A stretch of 64,000 nucleotides of DNA, from NCBI RefSeq assembly GCF_009914755.1, contig NC_060930.1; one strand, 5' to 3'. This document shows, one piece after another, positions 18,125 through 31,410 of this stretch. How positions within the stretch are numbered: position 1 is the first letter of the stretch; the number at the start of each line of letters is the position of its first letter. Under the pieces are notes generated by a model. It was not told where the DNA came from. It ran no database searches and was given only the letters and a program-made list of their open reading frames with translations. The position numbers and the translations under genes are program-made. This stretch comes from the human T2T-CHM13v2.0 reference genome, Homo sapiens.

Positions 18125-18438
18125 TTTGTGCAAAACCGAGAAATACCCAGTGTCCAACTGAGGGCCCGGGTGGCAACAAAATCAAGCCGATGAATTAAAG
18201 AAATATTGCCTGGTCAGGATGCCTGGAGGCCTCAGAGTTCTGATCTTTCTTCTGAATGACTACATCTTCTGGACTGCTCCCAGGATGGTGTTTGTGATAG
18301 GTTGGTTTGCCCAGTAAAACTGTCACCCAATGAAGGCAAGCCCTACCTCCTGTCCTTTCTCATGCAGTGGTGTGGAGCGTGGTAGGGAAGAAAGGGCATT
18401 CGACAGCAAGTCGAAAACTCTGGATTTCATTTGTGGCT
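18125..18438 (+). repeat. Local direct duplication, copy 2 (314 bp, non-TE)
   Basis: Ungapped match to 15964-16277, offset 2161 bp. Confidence 0.97.
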
Positions 18439-18479
18439 CTTACACCCCTTTTTGAAAGGAGTTTTGAAGCAAGCTTGCA

Positions 18480-19297
18480 TGCGGTTACACCTGAACTCTC
18501 AGTTAAGAGCAATTCCATCTTCCAGTTGCTTGGGCCAAAAACTTCCATATCAGTCTTAACTCGTATTTCTCTCATACACATATGCAGTCTGGCAGCTCCA
18601 CCTCCACCAAATATGGAAATCTGGATGCCATTCCTACCTCCCCTGCCAACCCCCTGGTCCAAGCGACCATGGCCTCTCAGCTGGGTGAATGCAAGAGACC
18701 CTTCTCTGATCTCCTTGTATCACCCTTGAGCTTTTAAAATCTATTTCCCACCCAGAAGCCTAAGAACCCCATTCCTCCTCTGTGGTTCTCCTCCTCACTC
18801 AGGAATAAGCCCTGCACGATCTAGAGCCCCTTCCTGGCCTCTCCCTGCACAGGCATCCTGCCCTCGCTTCCCCTTCCCCCTTCCCCGTTCCTCACCCCTC
18901 CCCCGCCTCTTTCCTGTCGTCCAGCACACCCTGCTCCACCTCCGTGGGCACTTGCTGTTTCCTCTGCCAGAACACTTTGTTCCCAGTATCTTCACAACCC
19001 AATCCCTCACTTCCTCCATATTCTGGCCTTCCTAAGCATTTTATCTGAAGTTCCAGCATCCTCTTGCCCCAACACGTAATACAGACACACATTCCTGGCT
19101 TTAGTGTTCCTTGCTAACATTTCGCTCTTGAAAGCATATCTTAGGCAGTTACTCTGTTTATTTTCAATCTCCCGCGTAAGAACGTAGCTTCCTGAGGGCA
19201 GGAATTTGGGTCCCTTTTGTTCACTGCTGTGACCTCTTTGTCCAGAGGAGTGTCTAGCCCTCCGTAGGCACTCGGGAAAAGTTAAGTGACTTCATGA
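18480..19297 (+). mobile_element. L2 3' region fragments
   Basis: caattccatcttccagttgcttgggccaaaaac..; terminal cttcctgagggcaggaatt..ttgttcactgctgt..gtaggcactc. Confidence 0.7.
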
Positions 19298-20812
19298 AGG
19301 CGTCTTCTCCACAGCAGTACCCACATTCTGTATTGTGGTGTCAACACTGGCTCACTTTGAAATGACTGGCCTCTAATGTAGAGATAACCCAACCCTCAAC
19401 ACAGTCACTGCCCGACTCTTCAAAAGCCCTATAACCATTGAGGTAGGTTATTAAACTTAGTATCATAGGCTTTTTAAAAAAACAACAACAAGGATTTTTG
19501 AGGTATAACTGGTGTACAATAAACTGCATACCATTTAAGTGTAAAGTTTGGTAAACATTGATGTGTATGCATCATTACCACATGAAATATAATGAATATG
19601 CCCATTATCTCCTCCAATTTCCCCATGCCCTTTGTAATTCCTTCCTCTTGCCCCCTACCCTTTTCTACACAACTATTGATTTGTTCTCTGTCACTATAGA
19701 TTCGCTTGCATTTTCTAGAGTTGTAAGTAGATGAAATCATGCATTACGTACTTTTCCCCTAGCTTCATTTGCTCAGCATGGTTATTTTGAGAATCATCGA
19801 TGTCATTGTGTGCATCAGAATCCATTTCTTTTTACTGCTCAGTAGCATTCCACATTTATCCACTCATCTGTTGATAGGCATTTGGGTTAGTTCCAGTTTG
19901 GAGCTATTACTAGTCAAGCTGCTATAAACATTAGTGTACAAGTCTTTGCATGGGCATCTGCTTTCATTTCTTTGTGTAAATACTTGGGAGTGAAAATGGT
20001 TGAGTCATATGATGGGTACATGTTTAGCTTTTAAAGAAACTGCCAAACTGTTTTTAAAAATGGTCATAACATTTTGCACTCCTGCCAATAGCGAATGAGA
20101 GTTCCTATTCCTCCACATCCTTGCCAACACTTGGTATGGTTGGTCTCTTTAATTTTAGTCATTCAAGTGGCTATGTAGTATTCTCTCACTGTGCTTTTTA
20201 TTTGCATTTCTCTGATGATGAACAACTTTTTAAGGTATAATTGCCATGTATTAAATTACACATGATTACAATATACAATTTAATCTTGTACATCTTTTTG
20301 TTTACTTGCCATCCATATATCTTCTTTCATAAAGTGTGTGTTCAAACCTTTTGTCCATCTTTTATTGTTCATTTTTTACTGTTGAGTTTTGAAAGTTCTA
20401 CGTATATTCTGGATGCAAGATTGTATCCCAAGATTGTAAAGATTTCTCTTATGATTTCTACTATAAGTTTTATAGTATTCAGTTTTGGTCACGTATATAT
20501 TTATATTCTCTATGATGTACATGCATTAAATTTATGACTCACTTTGTGCTAATTTTTATATCTGATGTGAGGTAAGTATAAAGTTAACTTTTTGGCATAT
20601 GAGTATATCCTGTTTTTTAGCAGTATTTGTTGAAAAGGCTATGCTTTCTCCACTGAAATGCCTTTGCACTTTTGTCCAAATTATTTGTCCATATATATGG
20701 ATCTATTTCGGGACTCTGTTTTCTTGCGTTGATCTATTTGGCTATCTTTATACTAACACCATACTGATTTGATTACTGTAGCTTTACAATAATTCTTGAA
20801 ACCAAGCTGTGA

Positions 20813-21168
<356 letters not shown>

Positions 21169-22558
21169 AGGTCCTTTGCATTTCTATATGAATTTTAGAA
21201 TTGGCTTGTAGAATTAAATTCTAGAAAAAAAGACTTCTGGAATTTTGACATAGATTGTGTAGAATCTATAGAACAATTTAGTGAGTTAACATTTTAACAA
21301 CACTGAGTCTTCTGTATGACATATCTTCCTGTTTATTAGGTCTTCTTAATTTTTCTTGTTCATCTTCTGTAGGTATTCAATGTAGAGGCCTTGGATATCT
21401 TTTGTAAATTATTTTCCACTAAGAATTTATTATTTTTGGTGCTATTTAATTTTAATTGCCAACTGTTGCCAGTATATAAATAAACAATTTTTGCATATTT
21501 ATTCTGTATCCTACAACCATAATAAATTATTAGTTTTAGTAGTTTCTGTTGCTGTTGTTAATGTCAGATGCCATCAGATAATTCTAAGTAGACAATTAAG
21601 TCGTCTGAAAATAAAGAAAAATTAGTTTTCCCTTTCCAGTCTAGATATTTTTTCTTTTTCTCGCCTGAGTGAGCTGTATATCCTCCAGTACAATTTTAAA
21701 TAGAAGTGCAGAGAGTGAATGTCTTGTTCTGTTACCAATCTTAAGGGAAAACAATTAGTTTTTCACCATTAATTATAATGATAACCATAGGTTACTCATA
21801 GATCCTTATTATCAGATTGAGGAAGTTCTAATCTTAGTTTGCTGAGAGTTTTTTTTTAAATCACAGATGTTGGATTTTGTTGAATGATTTTCTGCATCTA
21901 TCAAGATTATCATATGGTGTTTCAATTTTAATTTGTTAACATGATAAATTTTATTGATTAATTTTTAAATATTAAATCAACCATGCACTCCTTGAAGAAA
22001 TCCCACTTGGTTGTGATGTATTTTCTGTTTGAAAATTTTTTTGACTTAGTTATTAATATTTTGTTTAGAATTTTGCATCTATTTTCAAAAGGAACATTGG
22101 TCTATAGTTTTCTTTTCTTGTAATATCATTGTATGATTTTGGTGTTAAAGCAATGTTAGTCGCTTAGAATAGTTTGGGAAGTACTCCTTCCTCTTCAAGT
22201 TCCTGGAAAGGTTTATGCAGAATTGAAATTATTTCTTTTTAAAATAATTGGTAGAATTCATCAGTGAAGACATGTGAACCTCAGATTTTCCTGTTGAAGA
22301 GGTTTTAACTACAAATTCAATTTAATAGATACAAGGTTATTCAGGTTATCTGTTTCTTCTTAAGTGAGTTTTGGTTGCATGTGTCTTTTAGAAAATTTAT
22401 CCATTTCATTTAAGTTGTTGAATTTATAGGCAGGAAGTTGTTCATATCTTCTTCTTATCTTTTTATTATCTGTAGACTCTTGTGATATCACTTCTCTCAT
22501 TGCTGATATTGGTAATTTGTGCATTCTCAATTTTTTTTCCTGATCGTTCTTGCTACAG

Positions 22559-22663
22559 GTTTATCAATTTTATTGATCTTCTTTAAGAAACAGTTTTTGT
22601 GTTTTATTGATTGTTTATCAATTTTATTGATCTTTAAGAAACAGTTTTTTTGTTTTATTGATT
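22559..22663. repeat. Tandem duplication (54 + 51 bp) within the L1
   Basis: gtttatcaattttattgatc(ttc)tttaagaaacagtttttxtgttttattgatt occurs twice in tandem. Confidence 0.92.
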
Positions 22664-23653
22664 GTTTTTAATGCTTTCTATTTCATTGAGTTGTACTCTG
22701 ATTTTTCTTTTTTTCCCCTTTTTTGTGCTTACTTTGGGTCTAACTTTCTCTTTTTTTCTAGTTTTGAAAGGTGAGATCTGAGATTATTGATTTGAGATCC
22801 TTTCTACTTTTAACTATAGCCATTTGGTGCTCCCAGTTTCCCTCTAGGTACAGATTTAGTGTTATTCCATATAATTTGGGGTTTTATGTTGTCATTTTTA
22901 TGAAATTCAAAATATTTTCTAACTTCTCTTTGCTTTCTTCATAGATTCATGGGTTATTTAGAACTGTGTTCTTTACTTTTCAGCTATTTGAAGATTTTTA
23001 AGTGATTTTTCTGTTATTGATTTATAATTTAATGGTCAGAAAACATACTTTGTATGAATTAAAGCATTTTAAATTTGTTGAGAATTATTTTATGGTCCAG
23101 AATATGACTATCTTGGTAAATATGATATATGCACTTGAAAGGCATGCGTATTCTGCTGTTGTTGGATGGAGAATTCAATAAATTCACAATTAGGTCATTT
23201 GGTTGGTATTGCTGTTCATGTCTTCTATAACCTTTAGTTTCTGTCTACTTGTTTTATCAATTATTGAAAGAGTGGCATTTAAATCTGACTATAATTGAAG
23301 ATTTCTTTGTGTCTTTGTTTCTCCTTTCACATATATAAGTTTTTGCCTCATGGTTTCTGAAGTCCTGTTGTTAGGTACATAAACTTTTATGATTGTAGTA
23401 CCACTTGATGAATTAACCCTTATCTTAGTGAAGTAAATTTTTTAAACTGTGTAATATTATTTGCTCTATATTTGTCTTTGTTTGATATTAATATCCACTT
23501 CAAATTTCTTTTGATTAGTGTTAGCATGTCATATCTTTTTCCATCCTTTTCATTTTAACCTGCTTGTTTCTTTATATTTAAAGTACATTTCTTATAAACG
23601 GCATTTAAATGAGTTTTGCTTTATTTATACACTCTGACAATGTTTGCCTTTTT

Positions 23654-23731
23654 ACTTTATTAGCTTTATTTAGATCTATTAGATTTTTTATTTAGATTTA
23701 TTTAGCTTTATTTAGATTTAATTAGATTTAA
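23654..23731. repeat. Degenerate ~10-bp tandem repeat (TTTAGATTTA-like)
   Basis: ttagctttatttagatctattagattttttatttagatttatttagctttatttagatttaattagattta. Confidence 0.8.
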
Positions 23732-24229
23732 TGTAATTATATAGTTAGATTAAAGTCTACCATTTTGATATTTGTTTTCTATTTGTTTTGCCTGTTTTTT
23801 TTCCTTTTTCCTTATGTCCTTTCTTCTTTTGAATTAATTTTTTTAATACCTCATTTAATTTGCTTTGTTGACTTATTAGATAGAGGCTTTTGCTATTTTA
23901 GTGGCTTCTTTAGGGCTGATAGTTACGTACTTCAAATGGTATATGACTTTCATATGGTACAAGTATGTATAATAGTTGAACTCTGTATTTTTCTTCTCTC
24001 AGGTTTTATGCTATGTTGAAACACATTTTACTTAAACCACAGAAATCTATAAAATCCATAATGACTTACTTTTAAAAAATGTCTTAAAAATGAAGACTTT
24101 GTTGTTAAAAAGAAATTATTTTTGCCCTTAAAATGTCAATTATGTTTAAAAAGATTTTAAAAATAGAAAAAAATTACATATTTGCCAAAATCATACCATT
24201 TCTGATGTGCTTCATTCCTTCATATAAAC

Positions 24230-24450
24230 CACTAGTTCTCAACTGGGTATAATTTTGCCCCTCAGGGGACATTTGGCAATGTCTGGATACCTTCAGTTTT
24301 TATTGCTGTCATAACTGAGGAAGGTTACCCCTGGCATTTAGAGGGTAGAGGCCAGTGATGCTGATAAACATTCTATAGTACACAAGATAGTCCCCACAAC
24401 AAAAATTATCCAGCACCAAATGTCAACAGTGCCAAGGTTGAAAATCACTG
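24230..24450 (+). mobile_element. MER20 (hAT-Charlie), full length, nested in the L1
   Basis: TIRs cactagttctcaac..gttgaaaatcactg; core ggggacatttggcaatgtctgga; 8-bp TSD atataaac/gtataaat. Confidence 0.88.
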
Positions 24451-26546
24451 GTATAAATCCATATTTCCATTTAGTTTCAGTTTATGCTGAAAGAGCTTCT
24501 TTTTAACATTTCTTATAATGTGGCTCTGCTGGCGATGAATTCTTTCAACTTGCTGAGCATTTAGAATTTTTTCTTTTATTTTGCCTTCATTTTTGAAAGG
24601 TATTTTACTGAATATGGAATTTATTATTGACAGTTTCTTTCTTTTAGCACTTAAAAGTGTTTCATCATGACCTCCTCACTTGCATTGTTTCCAAAAAGAA
24701 ATCTGCTGTCATCCTTATTCTTTGTTCCTTTGTATCTATTATCTATTATGTCTTGTTTTTTGGCACCTTTTCAGATTCATTAGTGGTTTGTGCAATTTAA
24801 TTACGAAGTGCTTTGGTGTGATTTTTAAATATTTCTTGTGCTCAGGGTTAGATATGCATCTTGGATCTGTGAGTTTATACTTTTTTTAAACCAAATTTGG
24901 AAAAATTTCATCTTTTTTTAAAAATAGTTTTTCTGTTGTTCCCCTCTTCACTCTTCTTTAGGGACTCAGTTGCAAAATATACATGTATTTGGCCATTTGA
25001 AGTTGTCCCACAGTTTGATGATGATTTTGTCATTTTTTTAAAGTTCTTTTTTCTTCAAATTAATTTTGAATAGTTTCTATTGCTGTATTTTCAGTCAACT
25101 GATCTTTTCTTCTGTAATGTCTAAGTAGCTATTAATTCATATCTGGTATATTTTTCATCTAACAGTTTATAGTTTTTTTCTCTAGAAGTTTCATTTGGAT
25201 CTACTTAACTTCTTGAACAACTAGAATACAATTATATAGTTATAATAACTGTTTTATGTCTTTATCTGCTAATTCAAACATTTGTATCAGTTCTGGATCA
25301 GTTTTGATTGGTTGAGTTTTCTCCTCGTTGCAGACACTTTCCTGTTTCTTTGCATGCGTGGTGAATTTTACTTTGGTGCTGAGTATTTTGATATATCTAT
25401 GGATATTATAGAGCTTTGTTCTAGAAGGCAGTCAAATTACTTGGAAAAATTTGATCCTTTTGGGTCTTGCTTTAAAGAATCTTTACTTGGAACAGAGCAC
25501 TGCTTCATCACAAGCTAACTATTCCACATTACTGAGAAAAGACTACTTTGTGTGCCTATCTAATGATACATTAATCCTGATGCTTTTCTCTCTCAGTGGT
25601 GGGAAGAGGCTCTTTATCTGGTCGTGGTACTCTTCTCTAATCCTCCATGACACTTCCTTCCCCAGCCTCACATAGTTTCCTTACATGCATGTGCTTATCA
25701 ACACTCTGCTAAATTCTTTAGGGGCATGTTCCACAAATCTCAGAAATCCTCTCTCCATGCAACTCTCTTCCTCTCTGGCACTTTAATCAGCAGACTCTAG
25801 GCAGCTTGGTCTCCCAGAGTATCAGCTATATTTACTTACAGGGTTCTCTTTACCTAGGGAGTTCACTGGGTGCCACCTGAATTCTCTTTTCCTCCACCAT
25901 GGACTGGAAACTTTCTCATGGCAGTAAGCTGGAGTAATCATAGGGCTCATCTTGTTTATTTCCCATTTCTCAGGATTACTGTCCTTTACTGCCTAATGTC
26001 CAGTGTCTTGAAAACTACTGTGATATATTTTGTTTGGTTTTTATGATTTTTTCAGACAGGAAGATAAGTCTGGTCTCTGTTATTCCATCTTGATCAGAAG
26101 CAGAAGTTGTAATTGGATGAGTTTTTGGTTCCTTCTAACAAACATGTATGCACGTTGCTATGCTTTTACATTGCATATGTACAATGGACATTTTCTCTAA
26201 GTAAAATCGATCCTTGTTTTTGTACTGGAACTAAACAGATGACTAATTCATGGGTTTTGTTTGTTAGGTAAATCATACCTGCCAGGTACTGAAGATGCTA
26301 GAGAATTCCTACCCTTGTTTATCTACCTATCATAAATGTGCATTCACAGATCTCTTTTCCCATCAAAAGAGTGTATCTCCTTTTCAGTGGGATTCTTCTT
26401 TGCTCCTATCAAGGTTTCTCTTGGAATTTAGTTAAGCTTACTCCTTAAAATTCCAGCTTTTCCTTCCCTCAGAATTTTACAGACTGACTTCTCCTTAAGG
26501 GACCATCTCACATTTCTTTTCCAGTGTTAAAAATCTAAGCCTAAAG

Positions 26547-26949
26547 TTTCATGCGCGTCCGTGTGAAGAGACCACCAAACAGGCTTTGTGTGAGCAACAT
26601 GGCTGTTTATTTCACCTGGGTGCAGGCAGGCTGAGTCCGAAAAGAGAGTCAGCAAAGAGAAATAGGGGTGGGGCCATTTTACAGGATTTGGGTAGGTAAA
26701 GGAAAAAAGGGGGTTGTTCTCTGGTGAGCAGGAGTGGGGGTCACAAGGTACTCAGTGGGGGAGTTTTGAGCCAGGATGAGCCAGGAGAAGGAATTTCACA
26801 AGACAATGTCATCAGTTAAGGCAGGAACAGGCCATTTTCACTTCTTTTGTGGTGGAATGTCATCAGTTAAGTCAGGAACCAGCCATCTGGATGTGTACGT
26901 GCAGGTCACAGGGGATATGATGGCTTAACTTGGGTTCAGAGGCCTAACA
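26547..26949 (-). mobile_element. LTR7, 3' LTR of HERV-H
   Basis: Minus strand reads tgttaggcctctgaacccaag..cacggacgcgcatgaaa and is preceded by the purine-rich aagaagacaggaa. Confidence 0.96.
26606..26611 (-). terminator. AATAAA polyadenylation signal in the 3' LTR
   Basis: tttatt on + within LTR context ccaggtgaAATAAAcagcc. Confidence 0.75.
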
Positions 26950-28759
26950 TTCCTGTCTTCTTATATTAATAAGAAAAATAAAATGAAATAGTGGTAACGT
27001 GTTGGGACAGCGAAAATTTTTGGGGATGGTATGGAGAGATAATGGGCGATGTTTCTCAGGGCTGCTTAGAGCGGGATTAGGGGTGGCGTGGGAACTTAGA
27101 GTGGGAGAGATTAAGCTGAAGGAAGATTTTCTGGTAAGGGGTGATATTGTGGGGTTGTTAGAAGGAACATTTGTAATTTAGAATTATTGGTGATGGCCTG
27201 GATACAGTTTTGTATGAATTGAAAAACTAAATGGAATAAGAGAAGGAGAAAAACAGGTATAAAAGGTCTAAGAATTGGGACGACTCAGGACATCTGATTA
27301 GAGAGTGCCTAAGGAGATTCAGCGTAGTCCTGTCAGCAAAGATTATTTACTTACTTCAAGAGTTAAGAGTGGCAGTATGGGGATAGCACCAGGAGATATC
27401 AGCTGTGATTGCTTGGAGAAACAGCGTAAACCGGCAGTGTAAACAAGAGCAGGGCATGTATGAGTAGTTGAGAATGGTGAATAGGAGTATGACTAGACAG
27501 AAGATAGTAGGGATGACAAGTTTTTTTGGGGCACAGTCTAAGTTAGTCTAGTGTCTGGAATGAGACTGGGGCCTAATAAAAAGGAGCGTTTATACAGGAG
27601 CTCAAATGCGCTGTACCCTGTAGCATTCTGAGGACAGGTCTGACTTCTGAGAAGGGAAAGTGGTAAAAGTATTGTCCAGTCCTTTTTAAGTTGATGGCTG
27701 AGCTTGGTGAGGTGTGTTTTTAAAAGACCTTTAGTCCGTTCTACTTTTCCTGAAGACGGAGGACCGTAAGGGATATAAAGGTTTCACTGAATACTAAGAG
27801 CCTGAAAAACTGCTTGGCTGATTTGACTAATAAAGGCTGGTCTGTTATCAGACTGTATAGAGGTGGGAAGGCTAAACTGAGGAATTATGTCTGACAGAAG
27901 GGAGGAAATGACTGCAGTGGCATTCTCAGACCCTGTAGGAAAGGCCTGTACCTATCCAGTGAAAGTGTCTACCTAGACTAAGAGGTATTTTAGTTATCTG
28001 ACTCAGGGCATGTTGAGTAAAGCTAATTTGCCAGTCCTGGGTGGGGGCAAATCCTCGAGCTTGATGTGTAGGGAAGGGAGGGGGCCTGATTAATCCCTGA
28101 GGAGTAGTAGAATAGCAGATGGAACACTGAGAAGTTATTTCCTTGAGGATAGATTTCTACAATAGAAAGGAAATGAGAAGTTCTAAGAGGCGGGCTAGTG
28201 GCTTGTACTCTAGCATAGCCTGCCTTTGCTGGTGTGTGACGATTAGGCCTGGTGGAACTGCCATCAATAAATCAAGCGTGATCAGGGTGAGGAACAGGAA
28301 AGAAGAAAATATGGGGAAATGGGGTGAATATCAGGTGGATCAGAGATGCAGTCATGGAGGTCAGGTGTGGTATCAGGAATAATGTGGGAGGCCAGATTGA
28401 AGTCCGGGCCAGGAACAATGGTAATTGTGGGACTTAACAAAGAGTGAGTACAGCTGAAGGAGCTGGGGAGCAGAAAGTATATGCATCAGGTATGAGGAAG
28501 AAAATAGATTTTGGAAGTTATGAGAAATGTAGAGAGTGGGTTGAGCATAGTTTGTGATTTTGAGGGCCTCTAAAAGTATTAGGGCGGCAGCAGCCGCTGC
28601 ACGGAGACATGATGGCTAGGCTAAAACAGTAAGGTCAAGTTGTTTGGACAGAAAGGCTACAGGGTGCGGTCCTGGCTCTTGTGTAAGAATTCTGACCACA
28701 CTAACCATGCCTTGGAAGGAAAGGAGTTGTTGTTTTTTAAGGGATTGAGGTTTGGGAGA

Positions 28760-29236
28760 TTAATCGGACACAATCAGCAGGGAGAGCACGTGTGTTTTTA
28801 TGAGAATTATGCCGAGATAGGTAACAGATAAGGAAGAAATTTGGGCTTGACTGAAGTAATGGGGGCTGTCTATGAAGCTTTGTGGCAGTACAGCCCAGGT
28901 AATTTGCTGAGCCTGATGGGTGTCAGGGTCAGTCCAAGTGAAAGCGAAGAGAGGCTGGGATGATGGGTGCAAAGGAATAGTAAAGAAAGCATGTTTGAGA
29001 TCCAGAACAGAATAATGGGTTGTGGAGGGAGATATTGAGGATAGGAGAGTATATGGGTTTGGCACCCTGGGGTGGATAGGCAAAACAATTTGGTTGATAA
29101 GGCATAGATCCTGAACTAACTTGTAAGGCTTGTCTGGTTTTAGGACAGGTAAAATGGGGGAATTGTAAGGAGAGTTTATAGGCTTTAAAAGGCCATGCTG
29201 TAGCAGGCGAGTGATAACCGGCTTTAATCCTTTCAA
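28760..29236 (-). pseudogene. pol: HERV-H pol remnant (N-terminal RT)
   Basis: SPYNSPILPV, YKLVQDL, YSVLDLKHAFFTIPL and WAVLPQSF motifs present; no YxDD motif follows. Confidence 0.92.
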
Positions 29237-29513
29237 AGCATGCTGTGGGATGGGATATTGGCATTGATGGGGTAAGTGTGATTAGGTTTTAATGAGATGG
29301 TAAGGGGTGCATGATTGGTCACCAAGGAGGGAGTAGAGGTATCTTATACTTGTGGGTTAAGGTGGGGGAATACAAGAGGAGGACGCAAAGGAGGCTTTGG
29401 ATTGGAAAGAAGGGCAGCAATGAGATGTAGCTGTAACCCAGGAATAGTCAGGGAAGCAGATAATTTAGTTAAAGTGTCTCGGCCTAATAAGGGAACTGGG
29501 CAGGTGGGGATAA

Positions 29514-29702
29514 CTAAAAGGAGTGCTTAAAAGAGTATTGTCTAAGTTGGCACCAGAGTTGGGGAGTTTTAAGAGGTTTAGAAGCCTGGCTGTCAATACC
29601 CACAACAGTTATGGAGGCAAGGGAAACAGGCCCTTGAAAATAAGGTAATGTGGAGTGAGTAGCCTCGGTATTGATTAAGAAGGGGACAGACTTACCCTCC
29701 AC
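29514..29702 (-). pseudogene. pro: HERV-H protease remnant
   Basis: VPFLINTEATHS corresponds to the FLxDTGA active site with D>N and G>E changes. Confidence 0.85.
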
Positions 29703-29782
29703 TGTGAGAGTTACCCGAAGCTCGGCATCTATGATGGTCTAGGGGGCTTCCGAGGTGATCGGGCAGCATCAGTCTTCAGCTG

Positions 29783-30115
29783 CTAAGCCAAGAAGATCTG
29801 GGAAGCAGTCAGAGAGCATTGGGCCAGAGTTCCAGGGGCTCTGGGAGTGGCTGCCAGGTAAGTTGGACAGTCCAATTTCCAGTGGGGTCCCACACAGATG
29901 GGAAGCGGCTTAGGAGGAATCCAGGGCTGCAGGCATTCCTTGGCCTGGTGGCCAGATTTCTGGCACCTGTAGCAAGCTCCTGGGGAAGGAGGTTCTGGAG
30001 GAACACCTGGCCAGTGCAGTTCAGGCGTTTGGAAGTTCTTGTGTGCTGGAGATGTGGCTGGGGTTTGTCTCACAGTGGAGGCAAGGAATTGCAACTTTTT
30101 TCTATTATTGTACAC
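29783..30115 (-). pseudogene. gag: HERV-H gag remnant (nucleocapsid)
   Basis: CCHC knuckle CYRCQKSGHQAKEC plus a degenerate second knuckle (LPICVGPHWKLDC). Confidence 0.9.
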
Positions 30116-31079
30116 CTTGAAGGTGAGGTTAATTAAATCCTGTTGTGGGGTTTGAGGGCCGGAATTTAATTTTTGGAGTTTTATTTAGTGTCGGGAGCAG
30201 ATTGGGTAATAAAATGTATTTTGAGAATAAGACGGCCTTTTGACCTTTTAGGGTCTAGGGCTGTAAAGTGTCTCAGGGTTGCTGCCGAATGAGCCATGAA
30301 CTGGGCTGGATTTTTATATTTGATGAAAAAGAGCCTAAACACTTCTGATTTGGGATAAAGAAAAAGGAACATTAACCTTGACTATGCCTTTAGCTCCAGC
30401 CATCTTTTTAAGAGGAAATTGCTGGGCAGGTGGGGGAGGGCTAGTCATGGAACGAAACTGTAAGCCGGACCGGGTGTGAGGAGGGGAGGTGATAAAAGGA
30501 TTATAGGGTGGAGGAGCGGAGGCTGAGGAAGAATTAGGACCTAGCTTGGCCTGGCGAGGAGCAGCCTGGGGAGGAGGGGAGAGGTCAGATGGGTCTGTAG
30601 AAAAGGAAGATTAGAAAGACTCAGTGATGCTTGGGGTTGGGACTGAGGGGACAGGTGGGAGGGAAAGAAGGAAGATTTGAGATGAGTTGCATTGGGAACA
30701 GAGACTAGAGAGGGACCGATGTGTAAAAGAATGCCTGGACGTCAGGCACCTCAGACCATTTGCTCATTTTATGACAAGAATTATTTAGATCTTGTAGGAT
30801 GGAAAAATTGAAAATGCCGTTTTCTGGCTATTTGGAACTACTGTCAAGTTTGTACTGGGGTCAAGCAGCATTGCAGAAGAAAATAAGACACTTAGATTTT
30901 AGGTCAGGTGAGAGTTGAAGAGGTTTTAAGTTCTTAAGAACACAGGCTAAGGGAGAAGAAGGAGGAATGGAAGGTGGAAGGTTGCCCATAGTGAAGGAGG
31001 CAAGCCCAGAGAAAAGAGAAAGTAGAGACATGGAGGGAAGGGGTTTGGGGGTTCTTACCCTCCAGAAAAGTGGGAAAGG

Positions 31080-31410
31080 GTTTGGGGCACAGAGATACGA
31101 GGTCAGGGCATGGAAATAAGGGATTGGGGTACAGAGATATAAGAGGTTGGGGCATGGAAATAAGGGATCGGGGCGCAGAGATAAAAGAGGTTGGGGCACG
31201 GAAATAAGGGATCCGGGCACAGAGATATAAGGGGTTGGGGTACTTGCCCCTCCCCTAGAAAAGCGGGACTTGCCGCTAAGGGTGAAGGAGAAGGGGTTGG
31301 GGGTTTCTTGCCCCCCAGAAAGGCGAAGAAGGGGTAGAGACACAGAGAGAAGGGGTTGGGGTACTTGCCCCTCCCCCAGAAAAGCGGGACTTGCCGCTAA
31401 GGGTGAAGGA
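31080..31410. repeat. Tandem repeats in the HERV-H pre-gag leader (~43-bp units, then a ~121-bp spaced duplicate)
   Basis: ggggcacagagata..gaggttggggcatggaaataagggat occurs 3-4 times; ggggttggggtacttgcccctcccc..gccgctaagggtgaagga occurs twice. Confidence 0.85.

Noticed and set aside
17850-18438. Processed pseudogene (T tracts as a minus-strand poly-A tail of duplication copy 2)
   Set aside because: The T tracts do not abut the duplicated segment, no TSD was found, and there is no ORF
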